DNA from: Thermoplasmata archaeon
GTDB taxonomy: Archaea; Thermoplasmatota; Thermoplasmata; Lutacidiplasmatales; UBA184
Direction: 5' to 3'
Assembly (NCBI GenBank): GCA_021790425.1
Contig: JAJYEA010000002.1
Location: 36,807-100,806 of the forward strand
DNA length: 64,000 nt
Shown: in pieces, positions 28,236 to 37,222 of the stretch
Layout: the number at the start of each line of letters is the position of its first letter
Position numbering within the stretch: the stretch's first letter is position 1
Position numbers and translations under genes: made by a program
The notes under the pieces: generated by a model
Told to the model about the DNA's origin: nothing
Databases searched by the model: none
What the model saw: only the letters and a program-made list of their open reading frames with translations

Positions 28236-29057
28236 TTGAGAGTCATGGAAGAGCAACGCGAGGGTCGGCGACCCCGACGAGAGGGCCGGCGCCCGGATCA
28301 TCACCGCCATCACGACCGCCGTCCCGACCACCGTTCGGAGCACCGCGGGGGCCCGCCGTCGCCCGCCTCCCACGGCACGGGACCCGAGCTCACCAACGAG
28401 CGCATCCTCGTGCTCCCGGGTGACGAGATCGATGCCCGGGGATTGAATCCTGGATACGGCACGTACCGGGAGGGAGGGAAGGTCTTCGCCTCCGTGATGG
28501 GCATCGTGAGCTTGCGACCCCCGATCGCGCGGGTGATCCCCTTCTCCGGACCCTACGTACCGACCGTGGGGGACATGGTCATCGCGATCGTCATGGACGT
28601 GGGTCCGACCTACTGGCTCGTCGACCTCCGCGCTTCCCACTACGCCCCGCTCCACCATTCGGGGACCCCGTGGAAGATCGAGTACGGGGAATGCGGGGAA
28701 TACCTGCGACCCGGCGACTCCATCGTGGTCCAGATCGAGGGGATCGACCCCACGAGCCGCATCATGGTCACGATGAACGGAGATGGCCTTGGGAAGCTTT
28801 CCGGGGGCATCCTCCAGATGGTCTCCCCCACCAAGGTGCCGCGCATCATCGGCAAGGCGGGCAGCATGATCAAGATGATCCAGCAGTACACCGGCGTGAA
28901 GGTGGTGGTCGGTCAGAACGGCCGGATCTGGCTGGACGGTTCGCCCGAGGGAATCCTCAAGGCCCGCAAGGCCCTGCAGATCATCGACGTGGAAGGCCAG
29001 CGCCATGGCCTCACGGATCACATCAAGCTCTTTCTAGAGGGAAAAGAAGATGGGTAG
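28236..29057 (+). CDS. rrp4: Exosome complex RNA-binding subunit Rrp4 (S1 + KH), with a ~45-aa R/H/D-rich N-terminal extension
   Basis: S1 and KH domains (...RIIGKAGSMIKMIQQYTGVKVVVGQNGRIWL...). Low-complexity extension MEEQREGRRPRREGRRPDHHRHHDRRPDHRSEHRGG. Confidence 0.85.
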   Translation: MRVMEEQREGRRPRREGRRPDHHRHHDRRPDHRSEHRGGPPSPASHGTGPELTNERILVLPGDEIDARGLNPGYGTYREGGKVFASVMGIVSLRPPIARVIPFSGPYVPTVGDMVIAIVMDVGPTYWLVDLRASHYAPLHHSGTPWKIEYGECGEYLRPGDSIVVQIEGIDPTSRIMVTMNGDGLGKLSGGILQMVSPTKVPRIIGKAGSMIKMIQQYTGVKVVVGQNGRIWLDGSPEGILKARKALQIIDVEGQRHGLTDHIKLFLEGKEDG

Positions 29058-29799
29058 TGTAGGAGCGAAGGACGTCCCGCAACTGCTGGACGCGAACGGA
29101 AAACGGATCGACGGAAGGGGATTGGAGGAACTCCGCCCCCTGAAGATCGAGGCGGGGGTCCTGACCCGCGCCAACGGAAGCGCATACGTGGAATGGGGCG
29201 AGAACAAGGTGATGGCCGCCGTCTACGGGCCACGCGAGGTCCACCCCCGCCACATGCAGGAGAACACGAAGGCCGTGGTCCAGTGCCGGTACAACATGGC
29301 CTCCTTCTCCGTCGATGAACGCAAGAAGCCCGGACTCGACCGCCGGTCCCAGGAGATCAGCAAGGTCATCTCGGAGGCATTTGAATCGGTCCTGTTCGTG
29401 GAGGAGTACCCCCGCACGTCGATCGGGATCTACATCGAGATCCTCCAGGCGAACGCCGGGACCCGGTGCGCGGGCATCGTGGCGGCCTCGGTCGCCCTGG
29501 CCGATGCCGGCATCCCGATGTCCGACCTCGTGCCCGCCATCGCGGTGGGCAAGGTGGGCGGCAAGCTCGCGGTCGACCTCCGCAAGGAGGAGGACAACTA
29601 CGGCGAGGCCGACATGCCGATGGCCCTGGTGCCGAAGAGCGGTCGCCTCGTGCTGCTCCAGATGGAAGGCCATATGACCGCGCCGGAGATGGCGCAGGCC
29701 TTGGAGATGGGCGTGCGCGGCTGTCAGCAGGTCTATGAGGTCCAGAAGGATGCCCTTAAGCGGCGGTATGCGATCCAGCGCCCCACGGAGGCCGTATGA
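29050..29799 (+). CDS. rrp41: Exosome catalytic subunit Rrp41 (RNase PH domain)
   Basis: RNase PH fold, DGR/phosphate-binding ...RIDGRGLEELRP..., 8-nt overlap with rrp4. Confidence 0.9.
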   Translation: MGSVGAKDVPQLLDANGKRIDGRGLEELRPLKIEAGVLTRANGSAYVEWGENKVMAAVYGPREVHPRHMQENTKAVVQCRYNMASFSVDERKKPGLDRRSQEISKVISEAFESVLFVEEYPRTSIGIYIEILQANAGTRCAGIVAASVALADAGIPMSDLVPAIAVGKVGGKLAVDLRKEEDNYGEADMPMALVPKSGRLVLLQMEGHMTAPEMAQALEMGVRGCQQVYEVQKDALKRRYAIQRPTEAV

Positions 29800-30584
29800 C
29801 GAATGAGGTCACGACCGAGATCCTGGCGACCCACGTGATGGAGCTCGCCAAGTCGGGCAAGCGCCTCGATGGCCGCGCCCTGGACGAGTATCGCCCCGTA
29901 AAGATCACCCCGGGGTATGTCACCAGCGCCGACGGGAGCGCCCTCGTCGAGCTCGGGGACACCAAGGTGCTCTGCGGGGTCAAGCTCGAGCCGGGAACCC
30001 CGTACGCGGACACCCCGAACGCGGGGACCCTGACGACCAACGCCGAGGTCGTGCCGCTCTCCTCACCGGACTACGAGCCGGGACCGCCGAGCCCCGCCGC
30101 CGTGGAGCTCTCGCGGGTCGTCGACCGGGCCATCCGGGCCGCGGAGACCATCGACCTGAAGGAACTGGTCGTCACTCCGGGCGAGAAGTGCTGGACCTGC
30201 TTCGTGGACATCCACATCCTGGACGACTGCGGGAACCTGATCGACGCCGCGCTCCTCGCGGCCGCCGCGGCCCTCAAGAACGCGGTGCTGCCGGCGAAGC
30301 GCTTCGAGGTCGGCGAGGATTCCCCGCTCAAGGTCCACCACATCCCCATCGAGACCACCTTTGTCCGGCTGGGCGATGCGATCGTGGTCGACCCGACGAG
30401 CGAGGAAGAGGGAACCACGCAGGGACGCCTCACCATCGCGACGGACGAGACCGGCAACGTGGTCGCGATGCAGAAGGGGAAGGTCGGTGCCTTCTCCCCA
30501 CAGGACGTCGTGAGCCTCGTGGACCGGGCCCTAGCCCATGGGAACAGGCTAAGAACCCTTCTGCCTGGGGGAAACCACCCATAG
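29796..30584 (+). CDS. rrp42: Exosome subunit Rrp42 (RNase PH-like, non-catalytic)
   Basis: RNase PH-like. ATGA overlap with rrp41. Confidence 0.9.
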   Translation: MTNEVTTEILATHVMELAKSGKRLDGRALDEYRPVKITPGYVTSADGSALVELGDTKVLCGVKLEPGTPYADTPNAGTLTTNAEVVPLSSPDYEPGPPSPAAVELSRVVDRAIRAAETIDLKELVVTPGEKCWTCFVDIHILDDCGNLIDAALLAAAAALKNAVLPAKRFEVGEDSPLKVHHIPIETTFVRLGDAIVVDPTSEEEGTTQGRLTIATDETGNVVAMQKGKVGAFSPQDVVSLVDRALAHGNRLRTLLPGGNHP

Positions 30585-30587
30585 ACC

Positions 30588-30860
30588 ATGTCGCGAAGGA
30601 CCAAGAAGGTCGGCTCCACCGGATGGATGGGGCCGCGCTACGGCATCAAGATCCGGCGCCGCGTCCAGGACATCGACCGGACGATGAGGGCCGACTATGC
30701 CTGCCCGAAGTGCTCGACGCTGACCGTCCGCCGGGTGGCGAGCGGTCTCTTCGAATGCCGCCGGTGCGAGCGAACGTTCGCCTCGGACGCCTACGCCTTC
30801 CGCCCCGCCCCCTCTATCTTCCGGGTAGAGGAAGTGGCTGAGACCGGGGAGAAGGCCTAA
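30588..30860 (+). CDS. rpl37ae: Ribosomal protein L37Ae (eL43)
   Basis: C4 zinc ribbon CPKC...CRRC; typical 90-aa length. Confidence 0.9.
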   Translation: MSRRTKKVGSTGWMGPRYGIKIRRRVQDIDRTMRADYACPKCSTLTVRRVASGLFECRRCERTFASDAYAFRPAPSIFRVEEVAETGEKA

Positions 30861-30881
30861 ACGGGGAGGAAAGCGGGTCCA

Positions 30882-31022
30882 TGACGATGTTCCGGTGCGT
30901 GCGGTGCGGAGAACCTCTCCCCGCCGACTACAACAACTATGGCGTTCGATGCGACTACTGCCACTCGAAGGTGTTCCGCAAGGAGCACCCCAACGTCAAG
31001 AAGACCCTGAAGGCGAAGTAGC
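30882..31022 (+). CDS. rpoP: DNA-directed RNA polymerase subunit P (RpoP/Rpb12/RPC10), 46 aa. Missing from the ORF track (<60 aa).
   Basis: MTMFRCVRCGEPLPADYNNYGVRCDYCHSKVFRKEHPNVKKTLKAK: CxxC...CxxC ribbon, in the canonical position after rpl37ae in the exosome superoperon. Confidence 0.75.
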
Positions 31023-31025
31023 CTG

Positions 31026-31050
31026 GGACCGGGGCGCGGCCCCGATCCCT
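31026..31050 (+). terminator. GC-rich hairpin (gggaccgggg-cgcgg-ccccgatccc) 4 nt after the rpoP stop. No oligo-T tract.
   Basis: 10-bp stem with one mismatch. A terminator role is speculative, because archaeal terminators are normally T-rich. Confidence 0.2.
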
Positions 31051-31266
31051 CTCCCTCCCCGACAGGGACGCCGCGTCGGTGCCTGAGCGGGATTCCCTTG
31101 CTCGACAAGGGTTCTCTGGGTCGGGACGCTCACCCCGTTGACGGGGTACTCGAGCAGGGAACGTCGGGTTTCACCCCGAAAGGCCGTCCTCTCTATTGGC
31201 TGGGGGCATCGCGGTGCCCCAAAGGAGGCGCCGGTTCCCACGCGCAGAGGCTGAGCGCGGCCCGGT

Positions 31267-31809
31267 TCAGACCAACGGGGTCGAGTACGAGATCGTTACC
31301 GAGGCGGTCCCCACCCCGAACTCGGTGTAGCACCAGATGGCGTACGTCCCCCCCACGCTCTGGAAGGATCCGCTGCCGCTTCCGGAATATCCAGGCACGT
31401 TCGAGTAGCCCGGAGAGTTGGAGTACGGGGTAGAGCCCGAGGCGACCCAAAGCTGGGTGTACGCACTGCTGCCCGTCCAGGTGACGGTCGTAGCCCCTGC
31501 CGGGATGATGGTGTCCTGGTAGTTCGCGGCACCGTTCGTCAAGCGGTTGCAGGCGACGGTCATGGACTTCGACTGCGGAAACGGCACCACGACCAGCAAC
31601 AGCAGGATGACGATGAGGACGACCGCTACCACGACGGCGATGATCGCGGGGCTGTGCTTGTGGGGCGGGGGATACCCGTAGGGCGTAGACGCCACGGCCG
31701 GACTCCCCGGAGCTGGGAGGGCCCACGGGAGCGTGCGACCGCAGGAAACACAGGTGGGGGAACCCATCGGGCTCGTCTGACCGCAATGTGGGCATGCCTG
31801 TGATGCCAT
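31267..31809 (-). CDS. Membrane protein with an N-terminal double CxxC zinc ribbon, one TM helix and a Ser/Thr/Gly-rich extracellular domain
   Basis: CPHCG...(13)...CVSCG; TM IIAVVVAVVLIVILLLLVVV; C-terminal S/T/G/Y-rich region. TATA-like tcatataaacg lies 30-40 bp upstream. Confidence 0.5.
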   Translation of the reverse strand: MASQACPHCGQTSPMGSPTCVSCGRTLPWALPAPGSPAVASTPYGYPPPHKHSPAIIAVVVAVVLIVILLLLVVVPFPQSKSMTVACNRLTNGAANYQDTIIPAGATTVTWTGSSAYTQLWVASGSTPYSNSPGYSNVPGYSGSGSGSFQSVGGTYAIWCYTEFGVGTASVTISYSTPLV

Positions 31810-31972
31810 GATTTACCGAAAAACGAAACTCCTTCGTCTCATATAAACGTGAGCCTTGGGTCCCGGGGGGTCTGACGGGTATTCCGGCAGGGCGAAGCCC
31901 GACGAATCGTCACAAGAAGAGCTATATACTCCGCGTATAGTTGCGCCCACCGAGAGTAGGAGCCGGAACGCT

Positions 31973-32683
31973 ATGTACGTGGATCCTGTCAAGAGCGAGC
32001 TAGATGCGTCGGAAACCCTGATACTGATCGCTTGGATCTTCTCGATCCTTACGATCGTAGCCTTCGTGCTGTGGGGGCTGTCGGCGGTGGCATCCTACCT
32101 TGCCATCTCGGCGCTCTGCAACGCGTACACCGCGGGTACGTGTCCCTACTACCTCGGCGGATACATCGTCTGGTTCATCGTCCCCTTCATCTTCGCCGTG
32201 CTCGACGTCTTCGTGTTCCTCAAGGTGCACGAGCTCCGCAACGCCGTTAAGGCCGGAGACGCCGTCAAGGCGGACACCATCAACTCCGTGATGCTCGGGG
32301 TCATTGCCCTGATCTTCGCGGGGGTTATCTCGGGGATCCTCCTGCTCATCTCCCGCGAGCACACGGTGAAGGCCGGTCAGATGGCCCGCGCCCGGGGCTA
32401 CGGCGCGACCCCGGGGCCCGCCCCCTACGTGGCTGCGGCACCCACCGTGATCATGGCCGCCCCCGCCCCGGTCTACGCCGCTCCTCCCCCGGCAGCCGCT
32501 CCTCCGCCCGCGGCGAGCCCTCCCCCCGCAGCTTCCCCTCCTCCGGCAGCCGCCCCCGCCGCGGCGCCGGCCCCGATGGCCCCCCCTCCCGCGGGCCCGG
32601 CCTGCCCCCGCTGTGGACGCCCGGCGACCTTCGTGCCCCAGTACAACCGGTACTTCTGCTACACCTGCAACCAGTACCTCTGA
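31973..32683 (+). CDS. Polytopic membrane protein with a Pro/Ala-rich linker and a C-terminal zinc ribbon
   Basis: 4 TM segments, the ...PPPAAAPPPAASPPPAASPPPAAAP... linker, and the terminal CPRCG...CYTCNQYL ribbon. Start set at MYVDPVK; gctatatact lies 43-52 bp upstream. Confidence 0.55.
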   Translation: MYVDPVKSELDASETLILIAWIFSILTIVAFVLWGLSAVASYLAISALCNAYTAGTCPYYLGGYIVWFIVPFIFAVLDVFVFLKVHELRNAVKAGDAVKADTINSVMLGVIALIFAGVISGILLLISREHTVKAGQMARARGYGATPGPAPYVAAAPTVIMAAPAPVYAAPPPAAAPPPAASPPPAASPPPAAAPAAAPAPMAPPPAGPACPRCGRPATFVPQYNRYFCYTCNQYL

Positions 32684-32882
32684 GGTCGCCCGTACCGCGC
32701 GGAGCCTGGTAGCCCGGGGCGACGAGCCCCGGTGCCAGGGGACAGGGTCACGCCGCTTCCGGAGGCCCTGCTGACGTGGAAACGTCGGCGGCCCCCGGGG
32801 GAACGCTGAGAACCGACCGAAAACAGCAAGTACTCGCTCCGGTTCATGAGGTCCGGAGAGAAAGCTCGACGATTTCGAGCTG

Positions 32883-33599
32883 TTGAGTACGATGAAATCT
32901 CCCACTTCGATCACGGGCGATGGGCCGACCTCCGGTGTGCTCGCTGCGCGCCTGATCCTCCCGATCCCGCCCGAGTTCCAGTGTCCGTTCGGCGACCTGA
33001 GCCGTGGGCAGCCCCGCTTTCAGATACAGGTGTTGAGCGCCATGATCCTCGATAGCCGAGAGGTCGTCGAGGATGTGCGTCTGGTGGGCTCCCCCCCGTT
33101 CCCGTCGCCGGAGGAGGCCGCCCCTCCGAGCCCGTACACCCTGCGGGTAGAGATTCTGCGGCAGTCTCCGCGGACCCGGGTGTACCGCCGGCACGGGACC
33201 GAGTGCCCGCTCATGGCCTCCTTCCAGGAGCACGGGCTTCTCCCGAACTACCCGTTTCGCATCGAGAACGGCCGCTACAACATCCTGGTGACGGGCACCT
33301 CCGGTCAGGTGCAAGCGCTCTATCTGTCCCTCAAGAAGGAATGGCCCGACATTTCGATCGAGTCCATCCACCACCTGTCCGGTGACGGCAACGGCTCCCT
33401 GCTGACGCCCCACCAGGCGGATATCTTCCGCACCGCACTGTCGGCCGGGTACTGGGATGTGCCCCGTCGCACGAACCTGAGCGAGCTGTCCCAACGGTTG
33501 AGCGTGACCCGCTCGACCCTATCCCATCTGCTGGCCCAGATCGAGAGCAAGCTCCTGCACGAGGCGAGAGAGGTCGGCAACGGGTTGCCGCAGACCTGA
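32883..33599 (+). CDS. HTH_10 (bacterio-opsin-activator-type) transcriptional regulator
   Basis: C-terminal LTPHQADIFRTALSAGYWDVPRRTNLSELSQRLSVTRSTLSHLLAQIESKL matches the Bat-type HTH. Confidence 0.6.
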   Translation: MSTMKSPTSITGDGPTSGVLAARLILPIPPEFQCPFGDLSRGQPRFQIQVLSAMILDSREVVEDVRLVGSPPFPSPEEAAPPSPYTLRVEILRQSPRTRVYRRHGTECPLMASFQEHGLLPNYPFRIENGRYNILVTGTSGQVQALYLSLKKEWPDISIESIHHLSGDGNGSLLTPHQADIFRTALSAGYWDVPRRTNLSELSQRLSVTRSTLSHLLAQIESKLLHEAREVGNGLPQT

Positions 33600-33707
33600 T
33601 CGCGGCCCCCTGGGGATCACCCGGTGGCGCGCAGGCCCGTGTCCTAAGGAGGGGGCGATGGCCCCCTCCGGCGAGGGCGGGTGCGGCCGCTCGGTCGGGT
33701 GAACGAT

Positions 33708-34172
33708 CTACGCGGCGGGGGCGCTCTTCTTGCCCATGAAGGTCGGGAGGAGCTTCATCAGAGCCACGAGGATGAACCCGACCCCGACCAGGAGGAACCC
33801 GGCTTCGACCGTGCCGAAGGCGCTTCCGACCTGGGAGTAGTACGTCTGGAAGGCGGCCCCGTTCGTGGTGGCGCTCGAGAGGGTGGAGTTCGCGCTCGCG
33901 AAGCCCCCGAATCCCACTCCGACGACGAGGAAACCGACGCCCACGATCATCCAGGAGAGCGTCTCGATCAGGCCGAACACGGCGCCCAGGTTCATGGGGG
34001 TCTTCGGCGCGCGGGGCGGTGCCTGGTACTGCGGCTGAGCGGGCGGCTGGTAGGCCTGCTGCGCCGGGGGCGGCGCCGTGTAACCCGGGGGAGGTGGATT
34101 GTAGCTGGGCGGCGGGTACGTTCCCGGCGGTGGCGGGTACTGTCCCTGAGCCGGCTGCGGTGGGGCGCTCAT
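33708..34172 (-). CDS. Membrane protein with a Pro/Tyr/Gln-rich N-terminal region and 3 TM helices. Unknown function.
   Basis: YPPPPGTYPPPSYNPPPPGYTAPPPAQQAYQPP...; the hydrophobic C-terminal half is G-rich. TATA tatttaaatg lies 25-34 bp upstream. Confidence 0.5.
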   Translation of the reverse strand: MSAPPQPAQGQYPPPPGTYPPPSYNPPPPGYTAPPPAQQAYQPPAQPQYQAPPRAPKTPMNLGAVFGLIETLSWMIVGVGFLVVGVGFGGFASANSTLSSATTNGAAFQTYYSQVGSAFGTVEAGFLLVGVGFILVALMKLLPTFMGKKSAPAA

Positions 34173-34232
34173 AGCGGCGGTAGTAAGGAGGGTCGGTATT
34201 TAAATGCCCACGCGGGGCCACACCGGCGGTTC

Positions 34233-35483
34233 TCAGAACCCGGGCTCCTGGCCGGACAGGTAGACGGCGGCCGGGGGCCCGTGGCCCAGCCGGTACGCCA
34301 CTTGCTCGGCCGACGGCACGTCCATCACCACGATATCCGCCGGGAGGCCCGGTACGAGGCGGCCCCGGTCCGGGAGACCGATGGCGTGGGCCGAGTTGAC
34401 CGTGGCCGCCGTGAGCGCCTCCTGCGGGGTCAGGCGAGCGCCGTACACCGCGTGCGCCAGGACGAGCGGCATGGCCTCGACCCACGAATTGGGGGAGAGG
34501 TCGGTCCCGAGGGCCACCGCGACCCCTTCGTCGACCATCTCCCGCCCCGGCGGGCGACGGGCGGAGAGCGAGGCGAACGGGGTCACGGGGAGGAGCACGG
34601 CGGGGACTCCGGCCCTGGCCAGGGCCTTCCGTCCCTCGACGCCCGCTTCCAGGAGGTGGTCCGCGGAGTCGGCCCGCAGCTCCGCCGCCAGGCGGGCTCC
34701 GCCGCACTCGGTGAACTCGTCCGCGTGGATCTTCACTCCCATCCCCAACCCCTGCGCCGTTCGCAAGAGGCGACGGGACTCACTCGCGGAGAAGAAGCCC
34801 TTCTCGCAAAAGACATCGCAATATCGCGCCAGCCTCCGCCGTGCCACCTCGGGCAGCTGGGTCGTGATGAGCTCGCGCAGGTACTCCTCGTGCCGGTCCG
34901 CATACTCGGGGGGATAGGCGTGCCCTCCCAGGAAGGTCGGCACGATCGTCGGCCCCCCGATCCGGCCCAGTCGCCGGATGACGTTCAGGAGGCGTTGCTC
35001 CGTCTTCCAGTTCAGGCCGTAGCCGCTCTTCACCTCGAGAGAGGTGGTGCCCCACCGCACCATGCGGCGCAGGCGGTCGAGCGCCTGCTCGTAGAGGGAA
35101 GCGGGGGATGCCGTCCGCGTGGCCCGCACGGTCTGGAAGAGCCCACCCCCCGATCGGGCGATCTCGAGGTAGGAGACCCCCCGCACCTTCTGTTCCACCT
35201 CCCGTTCGCGGCTGCCGGCGAAGACCAGGTGGGTGTGGGCGTCGACCAGTCCAGGAAGCGCGACCCCTCCGGGGAAGTGCCGCGTGGCACCCCCGTGGCG
35301 TAGCGTCACCGACGCCCGGGCGCGTGCCGCGGGTCCCACCCACAGGACCTTGCCCTGCGCGATCGCGATGGCCCCCCGGTCGATCCGGCCGAGCTCGGAC
35401 ATGGCGGGTCCGGTCCGGGGGATCGGACCGTCGGCCATCGTGACGACCTCCTCGAATCCCGTGAGGAGAAGATCGGCCTTCAC
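34233..35483 (-). CDS. hutI: Imidazolonepropionase (HutI, amidohydrolase superfamily)
   Basis: GLVDAHTHLVFAGSRERE, ...VSYLEIARSGGGLFQTVRATRTAS..., ...GVKIHADEF..., ...ALGTDLSPNS.... Confidence 0.7.
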   Translation of the reverse strand: MKADLLLTGFEEVVTMADGPIPRTGPAMSELGRIDRGAIAIAQGKVLWVGPAARARASVTLRHGGATRHFPGGVALPGLVDAHTHLVFAGSREREVEQKVRGVSYLEIARSGGGLFQTVRATRTASPASLYEQALDRLRRMVRWGTTSLEVKSGYGLNWKTEQRLLNVIRRLGRIGGPTIVPTFLGGHAYPPEYADRHEEYLRELITTQLPEVARRRLARYCDVFCEKGFFSASESRRLLRTAQGLGMGVKIHADEFTECGGARLAAELRADSADHLLEAGVEGRKALARAGVPAVLLPVTPFASLSARRPPGREMVDEGVAVALGTDLSPNSWVEAMPLVLAHAVYGARLTPQEALTAATVNSAHAIGLPDRGRLVPGLPADIVVMDVPSAEQVAYRLGHGPPAAVYLSGQEPGF

Positions 35484-35487
35484 GGTC

Positions 35488-36393
35488 TCACCGCTGTCGG
35501 ACGAGGTGCGTCAGGAGGTCGTGGGCCGCTGTCGTGGAAGGAAAGATCTCGCGGGCCTCCTCCTCGAGGGGAGCGACATCCTGGTAGCGGGAGGAGAAGT
35601 GGGTGAGGAAGAGGTGGGACACCCGGGCCTCCTGGGCGATCTCGGCCGCCTGGAGGGCGGTGGAGTGCCCCCATTCGTTCGCCTTCTCCGCCAGCTCGTT
35701 GAGCGCCGAGGCCTCGTGGATCAGCACATCCACCCCGTGGGCGAGGCGGGTCATCTCCTCGCTCGGGGCCGTGTCCCCGGAATAGGCGACGGACCGTCCC
35801 GGCCGGGGGGGGCCCATGACCATCTCGGGCGTCACCCGGTTGCCGTTGGGGAGGGTCACGGCGTCCCCCCGCTCCAACGTGGCAAAATCGACTCCCCGGC
35901 ATCCCAGCTCACGGGCCTTCTCTCCGTCAAAGCGGCCGCGCTTGGTCTTCTCCTGTATCCGGAACGAGAGCGCGGGTACGGGATGGTCGGCGCGGGATGC
36001 CCGCAGGGTGTATCCCCCCAGGTCGACCTCGTCCCCGGGGGCGACCTCATGGGGGATGACGTCGAACTTGCGGGTGAAGTAGCCCATGTTCATCACGAGA
36101 TCGACGAACTTGCGCGCGTCGCGGGGCCCGTAGATGTCGAGCGGCTCCGAGCGATTGTTGAGGCCCATGCTCTGGATGAGGCCGGGCAGGCCCAGGAAGT
36201 GGTCGCCGTGGAAATGGGTGATGAAGATGCGGCGCACGCGCATGAAAGAGACCTTGCTCTGGAAGAACTGGCGCTGGGTCCCCTCCCCGCAGTCGAGGAG
36301 CACTACCTCGCTCTCCATGTCGAGCGCGATCGCGCTCGCGTTCCGCTCCTTGGTGGGCCAGGACCCGGCCGTGCCGAGGAACGTGATCTCCAT
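35488..36393 (-). CDS. rnz: Ribonuclease Z (short-form tRNase Z, MBL fold)
   Basis: MEITFLGTAGSWP, ITHFHGDHFLGLPGL (HxHxDH), ...SGDT...; 301 aa. The start was trimmed to ATG 36393. Confidence 0.85.
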   Translation of the reverse strand: MEITFLGTAGSWPTKERNASAIALDMESEVVLLDCGEGTQRQFFQSKVSFMRVRRIFITHFHGDHFLGLPGLIQSMGLNNRSEPLDIYGPRDARKFVDLVMNMGYFTRKFDVIPHEVAPGDEVDLGGYTLRASRADHPVPALSFRIQEKTKRGRFDGEKARELGCRGVDFATLERGDAVTLPNGNRVTPEMVMGPPRPGRSVAYSGDTAPSEEMTRLAHGVDVLIHEASALNELAEKANEWGHSTALQAAEIAQEARVSHLFLTHFSSRYQDVAPLEEEAREIFPSTTAAHDLLTHLVRQR

Positions 36394-37034
36394 CAGGACC
36401 ACTGGACGGGTTCGACGCGCTTCGCTTCCGTGAGGATCTTCCCCACCTTCTCCGGGAGCAGGACGACGTCCTCCTTGTGCAGCTCGACCGTGTCCCCCTC
36501 GCTCACGACGAACGGGAGACCGTCGGCGAGGACCCGCACGACCACCTGGGGCGGGGGGGTCGCGAGAGGGGCGGGCTCCGGGGCCCGCGGGCTCGGGGCG
36601 GACGCCGTCGCGTTTCCGGGCACGGGAGGGGGCGGTGCCGCGTGATGGCTCTCGAGATAGGGGGTCATCCGTTCTCGGAAGGCGGTGAGCTCCTGGACGG
36701 ACTTGTCGAACAGCATCTGCTCCTCCGGGAGGAGGTTCTCGGGCTCGGTGCCCACCACCACGGCCTGGACCGCGAGGGTGGCGACCTTGCTCATCCTCCA
36801 ATCCATGATGTCCCGGGCATGGGCCTTCGCCCGCTGGTACTGGGAACGGTAGAACTCGACCTTCTTCGAGGTCGGGTTCGTGTGGAGCTCCTTCTCGAGC
36901 ATTTCCCGGAGCTCCCCCAGGAACTGCTGGGTGGAGGTGTAGAAATCGGGGGAGATCTTCGAGAGGCCCTTCGTGCTCCCTTCGAGCCGACGCTGATCGA
37001 GCAGCCGCGGGTAGTAGTCATCGGAACCGGCCAT
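36393..37034 (-). CDS. gins51: GINS complex subunit Gins51 (Gins23-type A+B domains)
   Basis: A-domain: ...L...ISPDFY...LREMLE.... C-terminal B-domain: VVVRVLADGLPFVVSEGDTVELHKEDVVLLPEKVGKILTEAK. The TGA overlaps the rnz ATG by 1 nt (TGATG). Confidence 0.65.
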   Translation of the reverse strand: MAGSDDYYPRLLDQRRLEGSTKGLSKISPDFYTSTQQFLGELREMLEKELHTNPTSKKVEFYRSQYQRAKAHARDIMDWRMSKVATLAVQAVVVGTEPENLLPEEQMLFDKSVQELTAFRERMTPYLESHHAAPPPPVPGNATASAPSPRAPEPAPLATPPPQVVVRVLADGLPFVVSEGDTVELHKEDVVLLPEKVGKILTEAKRVEPVQWS

Positions 37035-37222
37035 GGAAAGGAACGAAGGGAGGGGAGGAGCGGGGGCGGTAAAAGGCTGTCGCCAGCCTCGCGTGGAGTT
37101 GCCCTCCACGCCCGCGGCTCGACACGCTGGGAGGTCGTCCGCCCGTCGGGAACGGCCGGAGACAGCCTATATAGCCCCGCTGACCCCTTCCAGGAGTCTC
37201 GGGGAACCTCCCGGAGCGTCTG

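Noticed and set aside
31023-31266. Possible missing Brix/prefoldin gene or small ORF after rpoP
   Set aside because: No ATG- or GTG-initiated ORF of reasonable composition in the 244-bp gap. Only a GC hairpin is present.
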